NCBI GenBank assembly: GCA_021846685.1
Contig: JAJZWL010000001.1
Location: forward strand, 71,484-135,483
DNA: 64,000 bases
From: a bacterium
Lineage (GTDB): Bacteria; Patescibacteriota; Dojkabacteria; JAKAPS01; JAJZLI01
Direction: 5' to 3'
Below the pieces are notes generated by a model. That model worked only from the letters and a program-made list of their open reading frames with translations, was not told where the DNA came from and ran no database searches. Positions 1 through 10,178 of the stretch are shown in pieces. Made by a program: the position numbers and the translations under genes. How positions within the stretch are numbered: the first letter of the stretch is position 1; every line of letters begins with the position of its first letter.

Positions 1-20
1 GGAATTAAAAAATATATAAA

Positions 21-548
21 TTATAAATTTTTTAAAACGAGAAAATCTTCTAATAAAATTTTTTTCATATTAGGATTATATAATCCAACTGCTGGATGAT
101 AAAGTGGGATTACTTTATATTTTCCTAACTTAAAGACTTTTCCATGAATCTCTGATATTTTTCTATTCTTTATAAATAAAGATGCCGAGTATCTTCCTAG
201 AGTGCAAATTACAGTAGGATTTATAATTTTTATTTGTCTTTTTAAGTATGGAGAACATTTTTTAATTTCGTTTTCACTAGGATCTCTGTTTTCTGGAGGT
301 CTGCATTTTACAATATTGGTTATAAAAACATCATTTCTTTTAAGGTGTATACTATCTAGAAGTTCATCGAGTAATTTTCCTGATCTTCCACAAAAAGGAA
401 TTCCTTCTTTATCTTCATTTGCACCTGGCGCTTCTCCTATAAAAAATATTTTAGACTGTATAGATCCTTCTCCTGGAACTGCATTAGTTCTTAATTTACA
501 AAGATTACATTTTTTACAATTAAGGATTTCCTTTCTTAATTTATCCAC
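21..548 (-). CDS. Uracil-DNA glycosylase, family 4 (UDG superfamily)
   Basis: Family-4 UDG motif GEAPGANEDKEGIPFCGRSGKLL near the N-terminus, HPA/HPS-like C-terminal motif, 175 aa; start overlaps the upstream gene by 1 nt. Confidence 0.8.
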   Translation of the reverse strand: MDKLRKEILNCKKCNLCKLRTNAVPGEGSIQSKIFFIGEAPGANEDKEGIPFCGRSGKLLDELLDSIHLKRNDVFITNIVKCRPPENRDPSENEIKKCSPYLKRQIKIINPTVICTLGRYSASLFIKNRKISEIHGKVFKLGKYKVIPLYHPAVGLYNPNMKKILLEDFLVLKNL

Positions 549-1576
549 TAATATCCTATAGGTAAATATTCTTTTAAATTGCTTTTTGTTATTTGTACTG
601 AATCCACTTTATCCATGAGTATTTTTTTTGATACTCTTCTACCTATATTCATAAGGACTCTTTCAAGTTCTCTTATTCCTGCTTCATAGCCAAGAGGTCT
701 TATCATGTCATTCCAAACATCATCATCAAACTTAATTTGTGAAGAATTTAATCCTAGTCGAGTATAGAGTTTTGGTAATATAAAATCTTTAGCTATTTTT
801 AATTTTTCTTCATCTGAGTATGACGAGAATCTAATAATTTCTATCCTATCAAGAAGTGCACTAGATAAGGTGCTTAAATTGTTAGCAGTCAAGATAAACA
901 TAACATTAGATAGATTTACCGGATAATCTATGTAGTGATCTAGGAATGCAGTATTTTGCTCTGGATCCAATATTTCTAAAAATGTTGCCATTACAGAAGA
1001 TCGCACACTACCTTCATCTGAAATTTTATCAAATTCATCTAATAAAATAACAGGATTCATACTTTTTGCACGTATCAATGCTTTTATAATATATCCTGGT
1101 TCTGCATCAGCATTTACTTTTGATTGACCTCGAATTTCTAATACAGAGGCTAGTCCTCCAAGAGCTATTCTTACAAAATTTCTATTTAAAGCTTCGGCTA
1201 TTGAATTTGCTATTGTGGTTTTTCCAATACCTTGTAGTCCTACAAAACACAAAATTGGAGCTGGTTGTTGCTTATTGAAATTCATAGAAGCTAGATATTC
1301 TAAAACTCTTTCTTTCACAGGATCCATTCCATAATGATTTTTATCCATTATCATTTTCGCATTATTAATATCAAGATTATCTTCAGTTTTTTTATCCCAA
1401 GGTATTTGAGTTATAGTATCTATATATTTTGAGGCAATTTCATAATCAGAAGAATAACTTTTGAACTTAGACATCCTATCTAGTCTTCTTAATATAATTT
1501 CGCTATTTTCTCTTAAAGCATCAGGCAGGAAATTATTTGTGATTTTATCTTTTAATACTTGGATGTCATCTATCAT
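548..1576 (-). CDS. Lon-type AAA+ ATPase module lacking both the Lon N-domain and the S16 protease domain
   Basis: Walker A GLQGIGKTT, Walker B ILLDEFDK, sensor-1 FILTANN, Arg-finger LLDRIEII, and the Lon-specific segment GYEAGIRELERV at the C-terminus. The ORF ends where the S16 protease domain would begin, and the downstream UDG gene abuts it. Confidence 0.7.
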   Translation of the reverse strand: MIDDIQVLKDKITNNFLPDALRENSEIILRRLDRMSKFKSYSSDYEIASKYIDTITQIPWDKKTEDNLDINNAKMIMDKNHYGMDPVKERVLEYLASMNFNKQQPAPILCFVGLQGIGKTTIANSIAEALNRNFVRIALGGLASVLEIRGQSKVNADAEPGYIIKALIRAKSMNPVILLDEFDKISDEGSVRSSVMATFLEILDPEQNTAFLDHYIDYPVNLSNVMFILTANNLSTLSSALLDRIEIIRFSSYSDEEKLKIAKDFILPKLYTRLGLNSSQIKFDDDVWNDMIRPLGYEAGIRELERVLMNIGRRVSKKILMDKVDSVQITKSNLKEYLPIGY

Positions 1577-2226
1577 ACTATTCTTCCTATTAAATATCCT
1601 AATAAAGCAGCTATCATACCTATTGTCATTATTTCTATACCATTTATCAATCTAGATCTGCCTTTTTCAGTAGTCTTAACTAATCCTATTATAAATAAAG
1701 TCAGGGCTGATAACAACACTGAAATAATGATAGCTATATGAGGTACAAAAAACATGTATGATAAAGTTGGAATTATAGCTCCAATAAGAAAGGATATTCC
1801 CATAAATGTGGCATCAATTATTGGGCTTGAAATTTTATCTTTATCAAATCCAAGTACTAAATTAGACATTAGCTTACTTTCAAATGCAGGATATTTTTGA
1901 ATGATCTTTAAAAAAGCAAATATATCATCATTTTCAAGTTTTTCTAATTGAAGTTCTTTCTTGATTAATGAATCGGATTTTTCTTCAGAGTCTTTAGCTT
2001 TTACTTCCAAAACATCTCTTTGAGTTTTTGATCCTAGATATGTTCCTGTTGCCATAGAAATAGCCCCACCCACACCTGCTGTTAAAGCTGATATAATTAA
2101 TATTTTAGTATCGGTCACATATGCTAATGTAGTAGTGAGTATGATTGTCGTTACGAGTCCATCTTGGATACCAAATACAATTTGTTTGATTTGGTATAGA
2201 AGGTCATTTCTGAATTTTTTCATCAC
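1573..2226 (-). CDS. VIT1/CCC1-family (DUF125) membrane protein, putative iron/manganese transporter
   Basis: FGIQDGLVTT motif of the VIT family, N- and C-terminal hydrophobic helices, 217 aa; 4-nt overlap with the Lon-like gene. Confidence 0.7.
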   Translation of the reverse strand: MMKKFRNDLLYQIKQIVFGIQDGLVTTIILTTTLAYVTDTKILIISALTAGVGGAISMATGTYLGSKTQRDVLEVKAKDSEEKSDSLIKKELQLEKLENDDIFAFLKIIQKYPAFESKLMSNLVLGFDKDKISSPIIDATFMGISFLIGAIIPTLSYMFFVPHIAIIISVLLSALTLFIIGLVKTTEKGRSRLINGIEIMTIGMIAALLGYLIGRIV

Positions 2227-2331
2227 TCAAATATATCATAGATTTTATTAAAAATGAATCTATTTTTTTTACAGAATATTATTAATATGTTATACTTGCG
2301 TATAAATATATATAAATTATAGATAAATATT

Positions 2332-3393
2332 ATGGCTGCACAATCTGATTTTTTAATTGCTATTCATCAAATTGCTTCGGAAAGAGGCATTGATACTCAA
2401 TCTGTAATAGATGCTGTAAATGAAGCCTTGATTGCTGCATATAGAAAGGATTATCCTGCTGAAGAGGAAGATATTATTGAGGCAAAGATAGATGATACTA
2501 CTGGGCAATTCATTATTATTGTTAATGGAAAAGATTCTACTCCTAAAGACTTTGGTAGGATTGCATCTCAAACAGCTAAACAAGTTATACTTCAAAAGGT
2601 CTCTGAGGAGGAGAGGGATACATTACTTTCTCAGATAGAAAAAAGAATGGGATCCTTGGAAATAGCTACAGTACAAAGATTTGATGGCCAAAATATAATA
2701 GTTGAGGTAGGGAAAATATCTGCAATTATGCCTCAATCTGAACAAATTTATGGAGAAATCCTTCGTCCAGGGGCAAAAATAAAAGTATATTTGAAGGAAA
2801 TTCAAGAAATTCCAACTGGAGGTAGAAAATTAATAGTATCTAGATCCTCTGATTTATTTATAAAGGCTTTGTTTGAAAATGAAGTTCCTGAGATAGCTAA
2901 TTCTACTGTTATTATAAAAAATATTGCACGAGAAGCAGGTTCTAGGACTAAAGTTGCAGTATATTCAGACGCTCAAGGTATAGATCCTATAGGAGCTTGT
3001 GTTGGGCAAAGAGGTATGAGAATAATTTCTATGACTAATGAGTTAGGTAGTGAAAAGATAGATATTATTCTTTGGGATGATGATCTTGAAAAATATATAA
3101 AAAATTCTTTATCTCCAGCTAAACCGGTTGCATTAAGATTTAATAAAGAAGAAAATCATGTAAGTGTTATTGTTCCTGAGGAACAACTATCTTTAGCTAT
3201 TGGTAAGGATGGTCAAAATGTAAGGTTAGCAGCTAAACTAACTTCATGGAATATAGATATAGAATCTGATGGTGTAGTAACTTCTGATGAAGTCGTAACT
3301 GAAGACGCTAAAGAACCTATTGAAAATACTGATAAAGTTGATGAGAAAATTTCTACTAAAAATTCAACAAGCAAAACGAAAGAAAATAATTAA
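2332..3393 (+). CDS. nusA: Transcription termination/antitermination factor NusA
   Basis: N-terminal NusA domain, S1 and two KH-like regions (GACVGQRGMRI, LAIGKDGQNVRLA); conserved nusA-infB synteny. Confidence 0.9.
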   Translation: MAAQSDFLIAIHQIASERGIDTQSVIDAVNEALIAAYRKDYPAEEEDIIEAKIDDTTGQFIIIVNGKDSTPKDFGRIASQTAKQVILQKVSEEERDTLLSQIEKRMGSLEIATVQRFDGQNIIVEVGKISAIMPQSEQIYGEILRPGAKIKVYLKEIQEIPTGGRKLIVSRSSDLFIKALFENEVPEIANSTVIIKNIAREAGSRTKVAVYSDAQGIDPIGACVGQRGMRIISMTNELGSEKIDIILWDDDLEKYIKNSLSPAKPVALRFNKEENHVSVIVPEEQLSLAIGKDGQNVRLAAKLTSWNIDIESDGVVTSDEVVTEDAKEPIENTDKVDEKISTKNSTSKTKENN

Positions 3394-3460
3394 AAAAATC
3401 CAATAAGTATAGTATGTTTTTGTTTTAAGCTGTTTTTAGTGATATACTAGCCTATATATA

Positions 3461-4972
3461 ATGCATAAAAAAGAAAAAGAGATACAATTAAAAAGACCTC
3501 CAGTTGTCACAATTATGGGTCATGTTGACCATGGAAAGACTTCTATCCTTGATGCTATAAAAAATACTAATACTATAACTCAAGAGGCTGGTGGAATTAC
3601 TCAAAATATTAGTGCTTTTGATATTGAATTTAAAACAAGGCATATAACTTTTATAGATACTCCTGGTCATGAGTTATTTTCTAATATGAGAAAAAATGGG
3701 GTTTTAATAACTGATTTAGTTCTATTAGTTATTGCTGTTGATGATGGTATTATGCCTCAAACAAAAGAGGTTATAAATATAATAAAAGAAAATAATTTAA
3801 AAACAATAGTAGTTTTTAACAAGATTGATCTTCCTTCAAATAATATACATAAAATAAAATCTGATCTTGCAAGAGAGGGGATTTTACTAGAAGGTTATGG
3901 AGGAGATGTTCCATTTCAAGAAATATCTGCAAAGTCAAAACAAGGAATAGATGAATTAATGGAGTTAATTTTTCTTCAATATGACTTTTTAGATGATATA
4001 TATACTGCTGAAAATAATAATTCAATGGTTGTATTAGAGTCATATAAAGATAATCATGTAGGAAATATTAGTCTGTGTATTGTAGAAAATGGAATAGTTA
4101 AAGTAGGGCAATATATTTACTCTTTATCTACAGGAGAACTTGGAAAAATAAGGTCTATAAAAAATGATAGAATGATGAGTATAAAAGAAGCAGGAGAATC
4201 TTGTCCTATATATATATCAGGCTCTAATAATTTTTTACAAGTTGGAGAGCAAGTACTTTTTTCAGATGTAAAATTAAATATAAAACCAGAGGAAATAAAA
4301 TCACAAGAACAGGTCATAGAGAATACTGAAGAATTATCTGAAGAAGAGATTTTTAAACTTGAAAATCCTATTAAAAAGCTTTCAATAATTGTCAAAGCTG
4401 ATACAGTAGGTTCTTTAGATGCTATAGTCTCAGCTCTAAATGGAATAGAACTTAATAATATTGAAATTGATATATTTAGAAAAGAATTAGGAGATGTAAT
4501 TGAAGAAGATTTAAATACTGCTAAAGATACATATTCTGTAATAATTGGATTTAACATTAAATCTAATTCTAGAATTAAAAAAATGGCTCAAAATATGCAT
4601 GTCATTATTATGACATATGATATTCTGTATAGATTAGTTGAGGATGTTAAAGATGCAGCTGAGTCATTAATACCTCCTGAGTATATAGAAATTAATAATG
4701 GAAAGGCTGAAGTAAAGCAAATAATAAAATTATCCAACAAATCTTTAGTCTTAGGATCTTTAGTTTTTGAAGGTAAAATATTAAATTCGAGTAAGTGTAA
4801 AGTACTTAGAAAAGATGAGATTGTTTTTGAAGGCAAAATTATCTCTTTAAAGCATTTAAAAGATGAGGTTAAAGAAGTAAGTTCTGGTACAGAGTGTGGT
4901 ATAATAGTATCTCCTAGTTTTGAAGCTGAGATAGGAGATACTATAGTTTCATATATATTAGATAAAGTGTAA
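3461..4972 (+). CDS. infB: Translation initiation factor IF-2 (short form)
   Basis: G-domain motifs [18 protein letters not shown] directly after nusA; 503 aa, so it lacks the long N-terminal region of E. coli IF-2. Confidence 0.9.
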   Translation: MHKKEKEIQLKRPPVVTIMGHVDHGKTSILDAIKNTNTITQEAGGITQNISAFDIEFKTRHITFIDTPGHELFSNMRKNGVLITDLVLLVIAVDDGIMPQTKEVINIIKENNLKTIVVFNKIDLPSNNIHKIKSDLAREGILLEGYGGDVPFQEISAKSKQGIDELMELIFLQYDFLDDIYTAENNNSMVVLESYKDNHVGNISLCIVENGIVKVGQYIYSLSTGELGKIRSIKNDRMMSIKEAGESCPIYISGSNNFLQVGEQVLFSDVKLNIKPEEIKSQEQVIENTEELSEEEIFKLENPIKKLSIIVKADTVGSLDAIVSALNGIELNNIEIDIFRKELGDVIEEDLNTAKDTYSVIIGFNIKSNSRIKKMAQNMHVIIMTYDILYRLVEDVKDAAESLIPPEYIEINNGKAEVKQIIKLSNKSLVLGSLVFEGKILNSSKCKVLRKDEIVFEGKIISLKHLKDEVKEVSSGTECGIIVSPSFEAEIGDTIVSYILDKV

Positions 4973-5007
4973 TACAATTTTCTGCCCCATTTATTTATAA
5001 TATTTAA

Positions 5008-6117
5008 ATGGATAAAGAAAAAATTCTAACTAAATTAGATAAAATAATTACTTCAAGTAATAAGATTCTTTTAGTTACAAATACTAGACCAACCCTTGAT
5101 AGTGTTGCATCTCTTTTTTTGATGTGGCATTTTTTAACAGTTAATTTTAAAAAAAATGTTAATATTTATATCCCCAATTTTCCTCATAGGTTAGAATACT
5201 TATTCAATTATTCTATGTTAGAAAAAAAGGATATCATTAATCTATTTTTAAGAGAATATAAATTGTCAGTTAAAAAACAAGACGGACAAGTAGATCATGT
5301 CCGATATGCTGATGACAATAAAAGTTTTAATTTTTTTATTGCACTTAAAAAAGGAGCACTAGATTTATCTTCAGTAAAACTAGATAAAGCTTCTTTTGAA
5401 TATGATTTAATAGTGACTCTAGATGTGGAGGACCTTAATTTTATAGGAGATCTTTATAAGACATATAAATCTGATTTTGATAATTTTATTAAAATTGTGA
5501 ACATAGATAGTCATGATAAGAATCTTAAATTTGGAGATTTAAATATACTTTCAACAGAATATTCTTCTACATCTGAAATAGTATTTAATCTCATTTCTCA
5601 GTTTGATAGTATTACTTCTCAAAAAGAGTATCAATTAGTATTAATGAGTATTTTATCTAATACAGAGAACTTATCAGTAGGGAATATTCCTATAAAGACC
5701 TTCGAAAATTTGTCTATATTACAAACTAAGGGAGGCAGTATTAGAAATTCTATACTGGAAGTATATTCACCTTTGGATATACAAGATTTTAAAATTAAGG
5801 CTAATATATTAAAAAATATAACCGAATATAAATATAAAGGAAAGAAATATTTATACTCAGTTATAAATAAAGGGGATATTCGCTCTTCATATCTTTCAGA
5901 GATTTATATGAAAGATGTTGATTTGACCTGTATTGCAGTAAAAGGAGATTCATTAAAGATTTATATTAAGGATTTTAAAAATAGACTCAATGAGAAAGTT
6001 CTTTTAAGTCAATTTAAAGATGTGAAATTTGATAGTGGGGTATATTCTTTTAATTCAGATAGTGAAAATATTGAAGATGTATTAGAGTTAATAGCTAATA
6101 TTAAACTTGTTTCATAG
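5008..6117 (+). CDS. DHH-like phosphoesterase-fold protein with degenerate catalytic motifs (NrnA-like position after infB)
   Basis: N-terminal LLVTNTRPTLDSVAS aligns with DHH motif I (HxxPDxDxxGS) but His and Asp are replaced. VNIDSHD sits where the DHH motif would be. No clear DHHA1 GGGH motif. Confidence 0.3.
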   Translation: MDKEKILTKLDKIITSSNKILLVTNTRPTLDSVASLFLMWHFLTVNFKKNVNIYIPNFPHRLEYLFNYSMLEKKDIINLFLREYKLSVKKQDGQVDHVRYADDNKSFNFFIALKKGALDLSSVKLDKASFEYDLIVTLDVEDLNFIGDLYKTYKSDFDNFIKIVNIDSHDKNLKFGDLNILSTEYSSTSEIVFNLISQFDSITSQKEYQLVLMSILSNTENLSVGNIPIKTFENLSILQTKGGSIRNSILEVYSPLDIQDFKIKANILKNITEYKYKGKKYLYSVINKGDIRSSYLSEIYMKDVDLTCIAVKGDSLKIYIKDFKNRLNEKVLLSQFKDVKFDSGVYSFNSDSENIEDVLELIANIKLVS

Positions 6118-8155
6118 ATAATTTTAACCTTCCTTGATCATCTTCTCCTATTAATTTTACTAAAACCTCTTGACCTTCTTTTACTACAGTATTAGCATCT
6201 TTAACAAATTCATCAGACATTTCAGATACATGTACTAATCCAGAAATTGAAGGTGTTATATTAACAAATGCTCCAAAATTCATTACTTTTGCAACTTTTC
6301 CTTTATATATCTCTCCTATTTCTAATTCTTGTACTATAGCAGAAATCATTTCAAGTGCAATATTTTTACTTTCTTCTGAAGTTGTTGCGATTGAGATTAC
6401 TCCTTCATCAGAAATATCTATATCAGCTCCAGATTTTTCAATAATATTTTTTATAACTTTTCCGCCAGGACCAATAAGTTCTCCTATTCTATCTTGTTTT
6501 ACTTTCATAACCTCAATTTGAGGAGCATATTCAGAAATTTTTTCTCTTGGTTCTTTTAGTACTTTTAACATCTCTGAAAGTATGTATTCTCTAGCAGTTT
6601 TTGCCTGAATTAGGGCTTCAGATAATATATTAGCAGGGATACCTTTTAATTTATTATCCATTTGAAGTGCTGTAATACCATTAATAGTACCTGCAACTTT
6701 GAAATCCATATCTCCAAAATGATCCTCTGGTCCTTGTATATCAGTAAGAATAACGTAGTCTTTTTCTCCTTCTTCTTTAATTAATCCCATGGCAATACCA
6801 GATACTGGGGATTTAATTTTTACTCCTGCAGCCATTAAAGATAGAGTAGATCCACAGACTGAAGCCATTGATGAAGAACCGTTAGATGAAAGCGTTTCTG
6901 ATACAACTCTAATAGCATAAGGAAATTCTTCTACTTTTGGAATTTCATTCTCTAAAGCTCTTTCTGCTAATGCTCCATGTCCTATATCTCTTCTTCCTGG
7001 ATAATAAAGATTTCTACTTAATTCTCCAACTGACCAACCAGGAAAATTGTAATAATGAAGATATCTTTTTGTTTCTTCTCCATCAATACTCTCTATAGTT
7101 TGTTGATGCCTTAATGGTGCTATAGTTGCAATTGATAATACTTGAGTTTCTCCTCTTTGGAAAAGAGCTGAACCATGTGTTCTAGGAAGAATATCTATAT
7201 CTATAGATAATTTTCTGACTTCATCAAATTTTCTTTTATCAGGCCTTATTTTATTTTTCAATATACCCTCTCTTGTTGTTTTTTTAGTTAATAGTTCGAT
7301 AGCTTCACTAATTTGTCCATCTTCATACTTTTCACTAAAAGCGTCTTTAATTTTATGATGCAAGTGCTTATCTTCTTCTTCCCACATTGATTTTTCTATA
7401 TCTTTATAGAAGTCTTTGGTTATATCTTCTAATAATTCTTGTGGGACTTCTACACTTCTATATTCTAATTTTTCAGGTTTAAATTCTTTTATAAAATCTT
7501 CTTGGAATTTGATGAAATCCTCTGATGCTTTTTTCCCGAATTCGATAGCTTTTATCATTAAATCTTCTTTAATACTATCTGCGCCACACTCTATCATTGA
7601 TATAGAATCTTTAGTAGCTGATAAAGTTAAATTTAAAGGTAGGGTATTTATTATTTGTACTGAAGGATTTAATGTAAGTTCATCGTCTTTTAATCCTATA
7701 TTTACTGATGCTACTGGACCTTCAAGAGGTATTCCTCCCAACATTAAAGCGAGAGATGCTGCATTGATAGCTAATATTCCTGGATCATTAATTTTGTCAT
7801 AAGATAGCACATTTACTACTAATTGTACTTCATTTCTAAAATCCTCTGCAAATAAAGGTCGTAAAGATCTGTCTATAATTCTTGATTTTAATATTTCATC
7901 AGCAGAAGGTCTTCCTTCTCTTTTTATAAATCTAGAAGATGATATTATCCCACTGGCATATAACTTCTCTAAATACTCAACAGTTAATGGGAAAAAATTT
8001 ATATATTCATCTTTTTCTTTAGTAACTACAGTAGCTAAAACAACTGTATCTCCTGCGGAAGCTAAAACTGAAGATAGAGCTTGTTGTGCTAATCGACCAG
8101 TTTCAAATGAATATTTTGTTCCGGCAATTTCAACCTCTTTTCTTATCACACTCAT
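6101..8155 (-). CDS. pnp: Polynucleotide phosphorylase (PNPase)
   Basis: Two RNase PH-like domains, then KH and S1 at the C-terminus (GKVAKVMNFGAFVNI); 684 aa; pnp-rpsO synteny. Confidence 0.95.
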   Translation of the reverse strand: MSVIRKEVEIAGTKYSFETGRLAQQALSSVLASAGDTVVLATVVTKEKDEYINFFPLTVEYLEKLYASGIISSSRFIKREGRPSADEILKSRIIDRSLRPLFAEDFRNEVQLVVNVLSYDKINDPGILAINAASLALMLGGIPLEGPVASVNIGLKDDELTLNPSVQIINTLPLNLTLSATKDSISMIECGADSIKEDLMIKAIEFGKKASEDFIKFQEDFIKEFKPEKLEYRSVEVPQELLEDITKDFYKDIEKSMWEEEDKHLHHKIKDAFSEKYEDGQISEAIELLTKKTTREGILKNKIRPDKRKFDEVRKLSIDIDILPRTHGSALFQRGETQVLSIATIAPLRHQQTIESIDGEETKRYLHYYNFPGWSVGELSRNLYYPGRRDIGHGALAERALENEIPKVEEFPYAIRVVSETLSSNGSSSMASVCGSTLSLMAAGVKIKSPVSGIAMGLIKEEGEKDYVILTDIQGPEDHFGDMDFKVAGTINGITALQMDNKLKGIPANILSEALIQAKTAREYILSEMLKVLKEPREKISEYAPQIEVMKVKQDRIGELIGPGGKVIKNIIEKSGADIDISDEGVISIATTSEESKNIALEMISAIVQELEIGEIYKGKVAKVMNFGAFVNITPSISGLVHVSEMSDEFVKDANTVVKEGQEVLVKLIGEDDQGRLKLSMKQV

Positions 8156-8451
8156 TTCTTAAGACCCAGTTTCTTTATTAATACAGCATATCTTTCTTCG
8201 TCTATTGATCCAAGAAAAGAAATAATTCTTCTTCTTTTTCCAATAAGTTGTAATAATCCTCTTCTAGAGTGATTATCCTTTTTATTTTGTTTCAGATGTT
8301 CAGATAATTGAAGAATTCTTTGAGTAAATAATGCAGCTTGTACTTCAGGAGATCCATTATCACCTTCGTGAGTTGCAAAAGTTTTAATTATAGTATCCCT
8401 ACTTTCTCCTAGAAAATTAATTTGATTATCTTTTTTTTCTTTATCAACCAT
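8152..8451 (-). CDS. rpsO: 30S ribosomal protein S15
   Basis: S15 signature HLKQNKKDNHSRRGLLQLIGKRRR; 99 aa, immediately upstream of pnp. Confidence 0.9.
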   Translation of the reverse strand: MVDKEKKDNQINFLGESRDTIIKTFATHEGDNGSPEVQAALFTQRILQLSEHLKQNKKDNHSRRGLLQLIGKRRRIISFLGSIDEERYAVLIKKLGLKK

Positions 8452-8767
8452 GGTTTTTATTTAACAAAAACAGCTCAAAATCACAGAGCCATATACATAT
8501 ATTATATTTTTTAGTAAAAGAAGCTTTATGGGTTTAATATTAACACAAATCTTTTATAAAAGTCAAAATCATATAGTACGGATGTTAGTATAAGGTTATA
8601 AGTTAAATAGGTATGTATAAGATACATAGGTAGGGTATTTGAAGTTAGAGAATATTTGCAAAATAGAATTAGATAATTTGCCAAATACATTTATTTTAAA
8701 TCTTTGGTTTTTATGATAGATAATATGAAAAATTTACAATGTAAGGGGAATATTAACTTTGTTTATT

Positions 8768-8801
8768 GAGAAGAAAGGATTATTGAGAAGAAAGGATTAT
8801 T
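8768..8801. repeat. Perfect tandem duplication of 17 bp (GAGAAGAAAGGATTATT x2) inside a 620-bp AT-rich intergenic region
   Basis: Direct reading of the sequence at 8768-8801; only two copies. Confidence 0.6.
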
Positions 8802-9070
8802 TTTTTGAGAAAATAATAATCGATCTGTATTAGTAGGGGGTTATAGATTTTTGATACAAGGAATTAAGTTTGAAATTTTAGCAGATGCATGTACATCTTT
8901 ATATGGAACAAAAAATCATTTCTATTCCATTCATAGTTCAAGGTATATTCTTGGGAAGTACAATGTTGTCACTCTTTCTGAAATTTGATTAAAAATGATG
9001 ATTTAGTAAGATGTACTTTCATAAGTTGATTTACTAGTTATATCACAGATATTTAATTGAAAGAGTAGTA

Positions 9071-10048
9071 TTAATTACTATTTTGTACTATAAAATAACA
9101 GCTCCATTGGTTACCTTTTCCGTCATGTAGCATTCTTGCCATATCTGCAATTTGTGCATAAGGATTTTCTATTCCAAATGAGGCATAAGGATTTTTAGCT
9201 GTATTAAAAGTAGTAGCCATGAATTGAGCTATTCCATAAGCTCCTGATGGATTTTGTGCTGTAGGTTCAAAATGACTTTCACAAGTTATTATCTTATTCA
9301 TTAATATAGAATTTACTCCATAATTTGAAGCTGCTTGATTTATAAAATTTATATAATATTCTCTTCCAGTAGGATAGGATGATTCTGTAGGTATAGGCAA
9401 AATACTATTAGGAGGGCTTGGAGCTACTGGTTTAGGAGGGCTTGGAACTGCTGGTTTAGGAGAGCTCTGATTTACTTGTTTAACTTGTTTAAGAGGGCTT
9501 TGCTCTGTTAATTGAGTATTTTCTTCTTGAATGAGTTTATTTACAGCTTCTTTATTCAATAATGCTTCTTTAGAATTTGTTATTATAGGAGTAATTGGTC
9601 GTAGGCTTGTTGCTATAGGTATAAGATTGTTTGGTAGTAATCCTTGTTCTGGAGAATTTGTAATAGGAATAATTGGCAGTAATGTTGCGAGGGCTAATGT
9701 TCCTCGTCCTAATTTTTGTTTAAATGCAGTCAATCTATCTTTAATTACTACTTTTTCTCTGGTAGGAATATTGCTATTTAATGCTGCATTATTAATGATA
9801 GCTAACTTTTCAGGGTCTAATGGGTGAAAAGCCGCATTAGCTTCATTAAAAAAAACAGAAAAAGCATAAATAGTTTTACTATCCATACTTATATTCCCTG
9901 AATTAGGCTTTTTTTTCTCTATAGCTGAAGATGTTCTTCTTATAGAAGCTGATAAAAGTTCTTTTTCATCTGCTATAAGATGGTCACCCTCTTTTGCTAT
10001 TGCAACAGGAATTATATCCCTGTGCAAGACAGGTTCTCTTTCATACAT
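9071..10048 (-). CDS. Lytic transglycosylase (SLT-domain) protein with Pro-rich linker
   Basis: C-terminal CESHFEP...SGAYGIAQF matches the catalytic Glu and the GLMQ-type motif of family-1 SLT domains. Central PKPAVPSPPKPVAPSPP linker. Confidence 0.6.
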   Translation of the reverse strand: MYEREPVLHRDIIPVAIAKEGDHLIADEKELLSASIRRTSSAIEKKKPNSGNISMDSKTIYAFSVFFNEANAAFHPLDPEKLAIINNAALNSNIPTREKVVIKDRLTAFKQKLGRGTLALATLLPIIPITNSPEQGLLPNNLIPIATSLRPITPIITNSKEALLNKEAVNKLIQEENTQLTEQSPLKQVKQVNQSSPKPAVPSPPKPVAPSPPNSILPIPTESSYPTGREYYINFINQAASNYGVNSILMNKIITCESHFEPTAQNPSGAYGIAQFMATTFNTAKNPYASFGIENPYAQIADMARMLHDGKGNQWSCYFIVQNSN

Positions 10049-10178
10049 AGGCTATGTTACAAAATACAAAGGATCAGTCATTCTTGCACGAACTTATAGT
10101 TTTTGTCAAATATTGAGAACTAATGAATGCTTAATGCTATTGGGATAAGGGTTTTTAGATTGTCATAACCTTTATTAT

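Noticed and set aside
202-561. Plus-strand 119-aa ORF antisense to the UDG gene. The same goes for 1461-1655, 1559-1741, 2353-2595, 2623-2805, 3488-3670, 3816-4043, 4117-4557, 4588-4977, 7416-7802, 9531-9827, 11458-11765, 12146-12349, 12509-12778, 15683-16174, 16347-16643, 18386-18595, 20101-20289, 29740-29940, 31375-31611, 32547-32819, 34055-34348, 34675-34872, 35551-36069, 36118-36465, 37000-37557, 37871-38149, 40003-40188, 40949-41254, 42982-43200, 43816-44034, 46034-46255, 46908-47195, 49152-49388, 53049-53488, 54634-55421, 61473-61730, 62126-62649
   Set aside because: All lie antisense or out of frame within strongly supported genes. They have low-complexity or hydrophobic compositions typical of AT-rich antisense frames, with no motifs
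3451-3461. TATATA box directly abutting the infB ATG as a leaderless-mRNA promoter
   Set aside because: The spacing to the ATG (about 5 nt) is too short for a transcription start upstream of the start codon; infB is more likely co-transcribed with nusA
8768-8801. Possible CRISPR array
   Set aside because: Only two adjacent 17-bp copies with no spacers; no cas genes anywhere in the window
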